Shown: piece after piece, positions 52,082-64,000 of the stretch | Layout: the number at the start of each line of letters is the position of its first letter | Numbering within the stretch: the first letter of the stretch is position 1 | Assembly (NCBI GenBank): GCA_951406725.2 | Contig: OX597839.1 | Coordinates: 11,904,001 to 11,968,000, forward strand | Source of the DNA: Octopus vulgaris | Lineage: Eukaryota | DNA: 64,000 bases | Reading direction: 5' to 3' | Position numbers and translations under genes: made by a program | The notes under the pieces: model-generated | The model's input: the letters and a program-made list of their open reading frames with translations, nothing else | What the model was told of the DNA's origin: nothing | Databases searched by the model: none

Positions 52082-52784
52082 TACATATGTATATAATTTG
52101 TTATATATATATATATACACATACAGACACACACACATATATGTACACAGATATGTATATACATATATAAATATACATACACACACACACACACACACCT
52201 ATATATATATATATATATATGTACACACAAACTTGCATATATACCAAAAAAAAAATATATATGTATGTATATATACATACACAGATGCATACATACATAC
52301 ATATGTATGTATGTATGTATATTCACACATAAACATGGATAACTACAAATCTATACGCACAAAGACTTATAAATGTTTAAAAGTATAGTACCTCTGGTAT
52401 CTATATATGTTTGTATGTATATCTAAAAAATCTAAAACTCTGAAATATACAAGTAAAAGGAAAAAGTATATGAAGAATATTGGTAAAAAAGAATCAGAAA
52501 AAACGGTAGAAAAGTTGTTTTAAGTCGATTATTGATTTCAGCGACAGTTTGGTCGGTAATGGTTGGAATATATGTATTTATTTCACACAAACTATTCTGT
52601 GGGGCCTACAGCTTTAATGGCAGCACGTCTCTACTTGCAATGTATGTAATATAGCAAAAAATATAATATAAATATGTAGCTACATACATAAACATACTAC
52701 ACGTACATGAATATTCACATATATATACATGTACACACATATATACATGTACATATGTCTATTATTACACATACACACGTATAT

Positions 52785-52824
<40 letters not shown>

Positions 52825-52879
52825 ATATATATATATATACACACATTATATACATATATAATGCACATATATAAATATA

Positions 52880-52917
<38 letters not shown>

Positions 52918-52978
52918 TAGATAGATAGATAGATATACACGCATACATACATACACACGCATAGATATATATACATGC

Positions 52979-53035
<57 letters not shown>

Positions 53036-53055
53036 CATATATATAATATGTACAC

Positions 53056-53086
<31 letters not shown>

Positions 53087-53414
53087 TGTATGTATGTATA
53101 TGTAAAACGTTATTTGCAATATTATATTTCCGCAGCGTATTTATTTTCGTATGAGTGCGTGTATGATATGTAATTTAGAATTCTTCCCTGTTTTTCGCAT
53201 TATTTATGTAAATATAAATATAGGATTTATCATCGTTCGTATATCCTATTTTTCTCCGACACCATTTTGTTTTTTTTGTTTCTTTCCTGGTTTTGCTTCG
53301 TTTGTATTTTGTTGCTTGGTTTGTTTGTCTTTATATTCTTACACTTCGCAATTCAATCGACATATTGAAGAATTGTCATAAGAGGCGAAGCATACGCTTT
53401 TGTATGTATGTATG

Positions 53415-53507
<93 letters not shown>

Positions 53508-53657
53508 AATATATAAATATATATATACGTATATAAACATATATATCTATAAATATATGTATATACGCACATGCACGTCTGCCTCAGTATATATGGGTGT
53601 CTGCATACACGTATGTAAGCATGTCTGTGTACACACATACACACACACGTATGTATG

Positions 53658-53700
<43 letters not shown>

Positions 53701-54038
53701 TTAGACAATGGCTGGTCTCAATTTGTTTAGACTATCACCAACAGGAAGGAACTACACGAAGCTGACTAGTTGCTACCGCAATACCAGTTCACGCATGTCA
53801 CCTCCCTCCTTTCTCTTCTGCCCCCCCCCCGCTAATTCTAAATATTCTGAAGAAAGGGTCTTCACTTTGAAATATAAAAATACAAGGTAAATCTGCAACT
53901 TAGTTCTGTTTTCTTTTCTGTCTGTAGTTTATTTTGTACCTTCTGGATTTGTTCCGGTCTTACACAACAACGTTCTTGAAAGTTATACAACAAAATGGTT
54001 CTCCCAAACACCCAAATTTTAATATATATATATATGCA

Positions 54039-54086
<48 letters not shown>

Positions 54087-54088
<2 letters not shown>

Positions 54089-54366
54089 CGTAAGGGTATC
54101 AGCCATCTGAATGTGGCTAGGCACTGGGGGTGGTGGTGGGGTGTTACTGATGCTTTTAGCCCCAGGCGATCAACGTCACCAGAAGGACTTTAGACACTAT
54201 CTCAGTGTCCTTGTTTGTTTGTAAAGGGAGTACAAACAAACAGGGACACTGAGATAGTGTCTAAAGTCCTCCTGGTGACGTTGATCGCCTGGGGCTAAAA
54301 GCATCAGTAACCCCACCCCCACCCCCAGTGCCTAGCCACATTCAGATGGCTGATACTCCTTACGTT
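54087..54366. repeat. Near-perfect fold-back with ~136-bp arms and a 7-nt loop
   Basis: aacgtaagggtatcagcc...tgtttgtttgta-aagggag-tacaaacaaaca...ggctgatactccttacgtt. Confidence 0.97.
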
Positions 54367-54408
54367 GTCGAGCGGTTACTGTTTATATCTCGTTCAGAGA
54401 TTTATTAT

Positions 54409-54464
<56 letters not shown>

Positions 54465-54466
<2 letters not shown>

Positions 54467-54615
54467 AGAGTTTACGGAAAAAAACAAAAGACGAAGACAG
54501 GTGGTGTACAAAACAAACAGACGTATTAGTATAACGCTCAGGAATAGAAAAAGTCTTTTACGTTTCGAGTCTACGCTCTTCTACAGAAAGGGACACAGAA
54601 AACAAGGAGAGAAGC
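54465..54615 (-). mobile_element. PLE-like fragment with variant hammerhead (54555-54590)
   Basis: CUUU-CUGUAGA-A-GAGC(GUAG)ACUC-GAAAC-GUA-AAAG. Confidence 0.7.
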
Positions 54616-54653
<38 letters not shown>

Positions 54654-54739
54654 TTATGAATTTGTAAACAAAACTGAAGACTGTAAATCTCGGAGAAAAG
54701 CGACACACAAATGCCCTTTTAAATAGCTGTAATTATATA

Positions 54740-56160
54740 TCTATATATATAAAACTGTAGTTGTGTGTCTGTCTCCTACGATTTAGATTCCTAACTCCTC
54801 CCACATTTTGCGGTGCAGTTTATACAAATTCGGGTATCTTATAGTCGTGATTAATATCGAGCCCGTCTGGCTATTAGCGCGCGTCTACGATGAGTCTACG
54901 ATTTTAAAAATAATTTAACATCATTTTTTATTCCATTTTAATGCATAATTTTTCGTGTGTCGATGGCGGCGGAGTTGGCGTCCACGCTCAAACACCTGCA
55001 CCTGTGTTTGCTTCTCCCCCTTCTTCCCTCCCTCGTGAAGCTGTGGGGAAGGGAGTTTAAGGAAATCAACGTCGTAATGCGTTGTCAAGGAGACCAGCGT
55101 TCTTTTAGAACAACGACTTCATGGCTTGAAGACACCAAAACAGAAATGGCTAAGAAAGCCCGAATTGGCATCTATAAAGGAAGTAACTCTCTAAAAATGC
55201 TTATATAGTTATTTCCCTTACAAACCCGAGCAACGCCGGGCGATACTGCTAGTCTATATATATAAAACTGTAGTTGTGTGAGTGTCTGTCCCCTTCGATT
55301 TAGATTCCTAAGTACTCCCACATTTTGCGGTGCAGTTTAACCAAATTCGGGTATCTTATAGTCGTGATTCATATCGAGCCCGTCTGGCTATTAGCGCGCG
55401 TCTACGATGAGTCTACGATTTTAAAAATAATTTAACATCATTTTTTATTCCATTTTAATGCATATTTTTTCGTGTGTCGATGGCGGCGGAGTTGGCGTCC
55501 ACGCTCACGCCTGCACCTGTGTTGCTTCTCCCCCTTCTTCCCTCCCTCGTGAAGCTGTGGGGAAGGGAGTGTAAGGAAATCAACGTCGTAATGCGTTGTC
55601 AAGGAGACCAGCGTTCTTTTAGAACAAGGACTTCATGGCTTGAAGTCGCCAAAACAAAAATCGCTAAAAAAGCTGAAACAGATCCACAAAAACGGCAATT
55701 ACCGCCACACAGGGCAGGTTTCCAGTGCAAACAATTTGCACAACCGAATGTTTTAGTTGTTGCACAAATCTTTATATATAAAAGTAAGGTTGTGTGTCTG
55801 TCTCCTACGATTTAGATTCCTAACTACTCCCACATTTTACGGTGCAGTGTAACCAAAACCGGGTATCTTATAGTCGTGATTCATATCCAGCCCTTCTGGG
55901 TATTAGCGCGCGTCTACGATGAGTCTACGATTTAAAAAAAATTTACCATCATTTTTTATTCCATTTTAATGCATTTTTCGCTATTATATAAGGGAAGTCT
56001 CTAAAAATGTCTACGATGAGTCAACGATTAAAAAAAAAATTACCATCATTTTTTATTCCATTTTAATGCATTTTTTGCTATTTTGTTGCTATAACTCACT
56101 AAAAATGCTTATATAGTTATTTCCCTTACAAACCCGAGCAACGCCGGGCGATACTGCTAG
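54740..56160 (+). mobile_element. Array of three non-autonomous Helitrons (54740-55252, 55253-55768, 55769-56160)
   Basis: 5' TC starts, 3' hairpin cccgagcaacgccggg followed by CTAG, outer A|T target, no TSD. Confidence 0.92.
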
Positions 56161-56307
56161 TTATTTATATAATAATAATTTATGCTCCATTTAGAGCGTC
56201 CAAACGTAAACAATTGACCGATCAATCGTTTAGAGCTGTACCGTCTAAATTGAGCATATATTATTATATAAATAATATATAATTACAGTTATACGCATAC
56301 AGTTATA

Positions 56308-56469
56308 GGCGCAGGAGTGGCTGTGAGGTAAGTAGCTTGCTAACCAACCACATGGTTCCGGGTTCAGTACCACTGCGTGGCATCTTGGGCAAGTGTCTTC
56401 TGCTCTAGCCCCGGGCCGACCAATGCCTTGTGAGTGGATTTGGTAGACAGAAACTGAAAGAAGCCTGTC

Positions 56470-56535
<66 letters not shown>

Positions 56536-56742
56536 TTGTGTGTGTGTTTGTTCCCCTAGCATTGCTTGACAACCGATGCTGGTGTGTTTACGTCCCCATC
56601 ACTTAGCGGTTCGGCAAAAGAGACCGATAGAATAAGTACTGGGCTTACAAAGATTAAGTCCCGGGGTCGATTTGCTCGACTAAAGGCGGTGCTCCAGCAT
56701 GGCCGCAGTCAAATGACTGAAACAAGTAAAAGAGTAAAGAGT
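56308..56742 (+). mobile_element. SINE family A, full length
   Basis: Complete head, microsatellite and tail. Confidence 0.93.
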
Positions 56743-56859
56743 AATATAAAGTATATATTGCTATATATACATATGTGTGTGTGTGTGTGTGTGTGTTACC
56801 AATTTTGACCCTCCGCAAAATCCCAAATTATATTAAATTTGCTTTGCGGGTGCAACTGC

Positions 56860-56916
56860 TTTATCGAAAGGCTCGAAATACGAGAGTAAATAACTGCCAA
56901 CGACTGATGAAGGGTC
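56860..56916 (+). ncRNA. Decayed non-circularly permuted hammerhead in a PLE-like fragment (56800-57045)
   Basis: UA-UCG-aaa-GGCUC-GAAA ... CGA-CUGAUGA-A-GGGUC. Stem III is poorly paired. Confidence 0.55.
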
Positions 56917-57071
56917 GTTCTTTATGTTGCTTGTTTTGTTTTCCATTTGTGTCTTTCGTTGTTCGAAGGAATAGTTCATGTTCCATGTACTCGTGCTCCG
57001 TATTTTTGTTGCACACGTTTCGTGACGCCCTGTGCCCACATATGCACACACACACACACACATACACACAC

Positions 57072-57128
<57 letters not shown>

Positions 57129-57185
57129 TATTAGATGATTGAACGCCACGCATCCTCTTCCAAGTAAGTTTTATCTACATATCCA

Positions 57186-57263
<78 letters not shown>

Positions 57264-57289
57264 TATGTATGTATATATATATACATATA

Positions 57290-58573
57290 TCTTAATAATA
57301 ATAAAACTCTAGGGATGTTAGTGTGTACTCGAAATATCTCAGAAATAGTAATAATATATTTTATCTAATTTTTTTGTATATTTATTTTTATATTTACCTT
57401 CGGCAATGCAGTACGTATTATCGTGACATTTGGACCTGTATTTATTAATGAAAACGAGTAAACACAAATTTTGTGTTTACTCGTGACGTGAACACACATA
57501 CAGAATACGCACACACATATAATGAATGTCATGGATTATTAATCAACAGAAACACACGTCCACGATCTGTGACATATACACACACATAATAGTCTTCGTG
57601 CTCTCTAAGAAAAAAAAAACGCGTCGGCTTTTTCACGTGCACAATATTTTAATCATTTAGAAATATTTTTAAGTGAATGTGTTTTCAAAAATGTAACTTG
57701 TTTGTACAGTAAGTATTTATTTTTTTAGCTTTCTTTAAACAGACGATATTTTAATGTTTTTTAAAATTATTTTCAAGTCGTTAATTTCCGAAAATTTTTT
57801 TATTTACTTTTGTTTTAAAGTGAAAGAGGGGAGAAAGGGAAAGATGTATGTACGTGTATATGAAATGGACGTGTGTGTGTGAAAATATCTCAGAAATAGT
57901 ATATTTTATCGTAATTTTTGTTGCAGAGAGACGTGAGAGTGGGAAAGAGAGAGGGAGAGGTAGAGAGTGAGAGAGAGAGAGTCAATGAGTGAGTGAAGGG
58001 TGTGTTTTCATGTATACGTATATACATCAATACATATGCGTACAGCTTTTTGTATGTACGTTTGCATGTGTGTGTGTGTGTGTGTTTGTGTGAGAGAGAC
58101 TGTGTGTGTGCGAATGAATGTGCGTGTTTTCATGTATATGTATGTGGTATACACACACATACACACTCTCTCTCTCTCTTACACACACGTCCATTTCATA
58201 TACACTTTCTACTCTAGCTTTCATTTTCTACTCTCTTTCACTTTAAAACAAAAGAAACAGGTGATTTAAAAATTTTTTACGGAAACTAATGAACAAAATC
58301 AGCTGATCTGAATGACAGTTCTGAGAGTCAAAGCGAAAGATCGCCCCAAGGGAATACCATTACAAATTTTTTTCGAGTCCATTCAACGTATCTCAGCTCC
58401 AAAATTTGACTGCTATTTCTAGCACGCCCTGCTACCACGTAACAGCTATTTGCGATAAAGAACCCGGAATACCTGTTACGTGGAGGAAGGCGTGCAAGAA
58501 ATAGCAACCAGTCTTTTCTTTTTCGGGGAAAGGAGCCGTTTACAGATTGAGCGACGAAAATTTTGACACCAAG
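57290..58573 (+). mobile_element. Probable older Helitron-like element with internal inverted repeats
   Basis: A|TC-ttaataataataaaa start, repeated aaatatctcagaaatagta, inverted arms at ~57805-57880 / 58181-58255. The 3' end is unclear. Confidence 0.45.
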
Positions 58574-58576
58574 TAA

Positions 58577-58947
58577 TCTCTCTATATATAAAGCTGAAGT
58601 TGTCTGTGTATGGCAGGTTTGGTAGCCTTCCGAGACCTTGCGGCGCAAGTTGACCAAAATTGAGAGTATGATAGATGAAGGGTTGCTCTTCCTTCCGTAG
58701 AAGAAAAAATTCAAATCGGACCATGTTAACAAAAATTATTTACATAAAAAAGGTGCTTTTTTTCTATGAAAATCCCTATCTTTTACGATATTTTGACTGC
58801 TGTGTCGCCATTTTTCGGTGTATTTCAACCAGAAAAATGTTCACTTAAAGAGAATAACAAGCTATATAATGTAAAATTTTTACTTTTCAAAAATTCCAAT
58901 TCTAAAGGGTCGAAACAAACCCGAGCAACGCCGGGCGATCCTGCTAG
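58577..58947 (+). mobile_element. Non-autonomous Helitron
   Basis: A|TCTCTCTATATATAAAG ... cccgagcaacgccgggcgatcctgCTAG|T. Confidence 0.9.
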
Positions 58948-59249
58948 TAAAAGATAATTTGAAGCTAATTGTTTTTGTGTGTTTTTGATTGGCTAATCTG
59001 TGTTTCTTCCACTCTATAATTGCTTTAGTTTCAACAGAGAATCATACCAAATTACTTGTAAGACAAGTACATCTACAAAAATTTCGATAGATCCTACCAA
59101 GCAAACAAATTCCGAGCAACACTGAGCATCTACACAACAACTTCAAGTCATAAAACACTGCATCTCTCTGGGGGTCAATAAAAGAAATTATCGGTATAAA
59201 TTCACAATTTCGCAGCTATTTCAGAAATCTTCAGCTATACACTATCTTT

Positions 59250-59632
59250 TACTATTTATTTCTCACTGTCTTCAGACTACGGGCTTCAAGAACTTAGTCG
59301 AACAAATCGACACCAATACCTGTGTTTGTTAAGCCTTGTACTTATGCTATCGGTGTCTTTTGACGAAACATTAATAATACGCTGCCTTAAACAAATGAAC
59401 ACCAGTTGTAAAGCGGTGATGGGGGCCAAACACACACACACACAACGCACTCACACACACATATGTATACATACACGATGGGCTTCTCTCAGTTTCCATC
59501 TACAAGATCCACTGACAAAGCTTTAATCGGCCCAGTATAATAGTTACAGAAGACCTGCCCAATGTGCCACACTGTGGGACTGAACCCAGCACCATGTGGT
59601 TTGGAAGCAAACTTCTTACTACACAGGCGCCT
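59250..59632 (-). mobile_element. SINE family A (old)
   Basis: Diverged reverse complement. Confidence 0.75.
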
Positions 59633-59644
59633 GTGTATAGTAAT

Positions 59645-59860
59645 ATACAGAGGGAGAATTCACAAAAAAACAACAACAACAAAATACGAAGACAGGTGGT
59701 GTAGACAACAAGCAGATGTATTAGTATAACGCTCCGGAAGTGAAAAAGTCTTTAACGTTTCGAGCCTACGCTCTTCCACAGAAAGGAACACAGAAAGAAA
59801 CAAGGAGAGAAAATAAGGAATGAGTAGTGGCTAGCGATCTATCATGGCTATACGTATACA
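59645..59860 (-). mobile_element. PLE-like fragment with variant hammerhead (59750-59785)
   Basis: CUUU-CUGUGGA-A-GAGC(GUAG)GCUC-GAAAC-GUU-AAAG. Confidence 0.7.
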
Positions 59861-60016
59861 CGCAGAAAGCGAACAATGAGAATAAGTGCCAAACACCACA
59901 TTGGTGGATAAAGAATCTTTATTTGTGTATAAAGGCTACCATAGGTTTCATGCTAAGGAATGCCTCAACAATTATTCAAGCTTATCAGAAACTTCAGTGC
60001 TCGTCTCCATTTTCGA

Positions 60017-60047
<31 letters not shown>

Positions 60048-60281
60048 GCAAACTTCTTACCACACAGCCACGGCTGAGCCTTATCCTTGAAAATGTAGCA
60101 AGTATTATCTAGATAAGTACGTCATGGTAATAATAATGTATACGTTCAAATAATTGGTATAGAAATTGAAACAAAATATTTGCATAACTACGTAAAATCA
60201 TGTGTAATTCAAACACTTAAATAGCTGTACAGAAATAAGTATGAGAATTTTAAAAATTAAATTAGCAGTAAAAATTCAATG

Positions 60282-60337
<56 letters not shown>

Positions 60338-60588
60338 ACGTTAGCTATCTTAAGCGGCTGACAATAACAAGAACGAACCATATGAATATTCAACAATGAT
60401 TTCACGTGAACATGGACCGAAAAACAACGTGTATGCATGCGAAATTTTCACAATAAAACTAAAAATAATATATGGCTCGTTTCATGTCCTCGCTACAAGC
60501 AATGGCGGTGACTAGATTCGTATCAGCCAATAGTTTATGTGTAGGGGTAGGGAAAAAAGCTTGTGTGTATACATATACACATACATAT

Positions 60589-60652
<64 letters not shown>

Positions 60653-60744
60653 ACGCGAACATATGCATGCATACGTACGTTATATATATACATATATATA
60701 CAGACACATATATATGTATACATATATACATGTATATATACGTG

Positions 60745-60787
<43 letters not shown>

Positions 60788-60828
60788 ATACTTATAATAC
60801 AATATAATATAACATAATATATATATGT

Positions 60829-60868
<40 letters not shown>

Positions 60869-61897
60869 GATATATATATGTATGCATATATATATTTATA
60901 TATATACATAATACTTACATACATACATATATATATGTAGAGAGAGAGAGAGAGAGAGAGAGGTAGCGACAGAGAGGAGAGAGAGGGAGAGAGAGCAAAC
61001 GACAGAGCAAGAAAGATAAATGGGCAAACGTAGAGATAGAAAGAGATGGTAAGATGGAGATTGAAGGAAAGAGATAGACGGAATGAGAGGGAGAGAGGGA
61101 GGGAGAAAGAAAGATACAGTGTGTGTGAGAGAGAGAGAGAGAGAGGGAAACAGAGAGAGAGAGAGAGGGAAACAGAGAGAGAGAGAGAAGTGGAAAGGAA
61201 TAAGAGAAATAGTGAAAGAGGGAATGAAAGATTTGAAGAAGATATATCGGAAGAATAGAGGCGAATGATACAACGAAGAAATGGAAAAAGAAAAAAAAAA
61301 CTCACAAGAAAAGTAACACAAAAAAACACAAAAAACGGTGCCAATTGTTTCAGTTTATCTCATGTAGATTCAGATAAAAAAAAAACCTTTTCTTTCTTTA
61401 TCTTCTTTCTTCTCTCTTCTTCCTATCCTTCCTCTCCTCTCCCCCCCACCCCCGCTTTCTTTTCCTTTCTTTTGTGCCAAGAAGGAAATTGCTTGACGCA
61501 ATCATTGTCAACAGTAATTGAATTGCAGGAATCCATCGTGTGCAATAGAGGCTTTTTTTTGTTGTTTGTTTCTTTGTTTGTTGGTTTGTTTTCTTTTTTT
61601 ATTTTTGTTATTATTATTTTTGTTTTGTTTTGTTTTTGTTTCGCTTCTTTAACGCACTTCTGTGAGGAAGGTGAGCCGGGCGAGGATGGGTGGGGGGGAC
61701 GTGGGTGACGCGGGCGACGGGGGTGATGGGTGATAATAGGGGGGATGTGGTGACGGGGCGGATGGTGAAATGGGACAGTGTGAGAGGCAGGTAAGGGATA
61801 AGGTGGGGGAGGGGTAGAATGGTCGGTCGGTTGGAGGAATGGAAAAAGGGGGAGGGAAAGAGAGAGAGAGAGGAAGAAGAGAGGGTGAGAAATTTTG

Positions 61898-61929
<32 letters not shown>

Positions 61930-61968
61930 CACTCATATGCATATATATGCATATATATATATACACAC

Positions 61969-62019
<51 letters not shown>

Positions 62020-62169
62020 TATACATATATATATATACATATATATGCATATATATTTAGAAATATATGTGTGTCTATATGTTTGTGTGTGTGTCTGTGT
62101 TATGTATATATGCACATAGGCACATACATGTATGTATATACACATATATGTATATATATGTCTGTGTGG

Positions 62170-62202
<33 letters not shown>

Positions 62203-62619
62203 TGTATGTATGTATCTATACACACATAAACACATACACACACATATATATGCATATGTACATATAGTCTCACATACATACACACATACATGCTAAATAA
62301 CATGATTTAGCCTTACCTTATTTAACATTCTTACTGCTGACAAGGCGCTGCACGCCAAATTCTTCAATCTATTTTTACTACTTGCTTTGAATAAAAGAAT
62401 TTGGTGCCAAAGAATATTTGATTAGGTGTTCTGAATCAGAAGTAGCTTGACTTATAGTACGACGGTGTACGATAGATTTATAAAAGAGTGAGAGAGAAAG
62501 AAGAGAGAGAGAGAGAGAGAAAGAGAAAGATAGACCAGAAGGGTTGGTAGGGAATAATATATATTGTAAAATACACGTTCATATGTACTGACATAAATAT
62601 ACAAGTGTGTATGCATGTG

Positions 62620-62677
<58 letters not shown>

Positions 62678-62783
62678 ATGTATGTATATATACATATATA
62701 TGTATATATATGTATATATGTATATATATATGTATATATATATATGTATATATATATATTTGTGTCTGTGTATATATATTTAC

Positions 62784-62869
<86 letters not shown>

Positions 62870-63066
62870 TATATACATACATATATATATATATGTATAT
62901 GCAATGGAAAGAAGGAGACAAAAGAAAATTCTTTAACACAATAGATTGATAACTAAGTACATAACTCAGTAGAATGATACACCGTTATGTTGTTAGGTAT
63001 ACAGATGAAGAGGCAGCTTCGGTGCGTGTGTGTGTTTGCGTCTGAGTGTAAGTGTGTATGTATGTA

Positions 63067-63150
<84 letters not shown>

Positions 63151-63179
63151 GATATATATACATTTTTTTGTAAGGGAGC

Positions 63180-63328
63180 AGGTTCATTGATTACATTGAT
63201 CCCAGTGCTCGACTGGTACTACTTATTTTATAGACACCGAAAAAATGAAAGGCGAAGTCGAACTTGGCAGAATTTGAACTTAGAACGTAAAGACGGGCGA
63301 AATGCCGCTAAAGCACTTTGCCCAGTGT
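63180..63328 (-). mobile_element. SINE family B fragment
   Basis: Reverse complement of the core. Confidence 0.8.
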
Positions 63329-63329
63329 G

Positions 63330-63625
63330 ATACCAGGAAACCCCAAAGTGGCAGAAATTCAAAAGATAGTGCTCATAGGAACTGCCCATATCCCACGCAA
63401 AATACTTTCTATGTAATCTCAAATTTTAAAACAAACAAAAAATTTTGTTATGGTTTCTTAAACATTCTCTAGAACAACACTATGTACAAAACCAAATATA
63501 TGGCACCCTAGGCATAACACCAACATGAACTTCCAACTTGTTGTCTCTTGAGGTCTCTGGGTGAGACTTGGAGCCAACTTGTACAAATGTAGAGCAAAAG
63601 TCAAACATAAAAGAATAATAATAAC
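63330..63625 (+). pseudogene. 3' end of an R4/Dong-like non-LTR retrotransposon
   Basis: IPGNPKVAEIQKIVLIGTAHIPRKILSM* (stop at 63414-63416) matches the QK.VL.GTA.I.R..L C-terminus. The 3' UTR ends in (AAT)n. Confidence 0.8.
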
Positions 63626-63664
63626 AACAACAACAACAACAACAACAACAATAATAATAATGCA

Positions 63665-64000
63665 ATACCAGGCAGTGGCTCTCATGGCTTTTGATCTAAA
63701 CTGATTCGAAGTGTTATCATGTACATTGTTTTGTCTTGGTATAAAAGATGGGCTACAGCAAATATTCTGCTCAATATCTCAGATTTGCTTGTCAGTTGCT
63801 TGACCTTAACCAATTGAGTATGTCCCTTAGTGGCTGACGATATGTGCATCTCTGATCACGAGCAGAAGTAGTTGAGGAGCATCATAGCCATGTGTTGAGA
63901 AGAATTCTTTGGGGTTCGAATAATTCACCTTTGGAAACATGGGTGTTTCGTTCATCTTCCTTAAACAAACCTTATTCAAGGACCTTTTGAGCAGGATGTG
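63665..64000 (-). repeat. Family E interspersed repeat
   Basis: Reverse complement of 2669-2870; overlaps 51760-51820. Confidence 0.75.

Noticed and set aside
53847-53885. CUGAAGA...GAAAUAUA hammerhead-like match (similar weak matches at ~3954, ~30211 and ~50120)
   Set aside because: Stem I is unpaired or the core is altered; these cannot be told from chance without a family consensus.

Overview
AT-rich, microsatellite-saturated animal DNA. Its repeat content (tRNA-derived SINE families, TTAGGG-type repeats, very long (TA)n/(CA)n/(TATG)n tracts) best fits an octopus or other coleoid cephalopod; this is an inference. I found no intact host protein-coding gene, and nearly all ORFs in the track are translated microsatellites. 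The window is a transposon graveyard: four SINE families, a near-complete DD36E Tc1-like transposon, a DD37D maT remnant, tandem Helitrons, MITEs, fragments of CRE-, R4/Dong-, CR1/L2- and L1/Tx1-like LINEs, and many Penelope-like element (PLE) fragments in (TA)n tracts. Main result: the PLE-like fragments carry hammerhead ribozyme (HHR) motifs. Several sequence-divergent families have the three catalytic strands in a non-circularly permuted (pseudoknotted) order with covarying helices, and one copy ends exactly at the predicted cleavage site. All pairings and alignments were done by eye, and most element boundaries are approximate.
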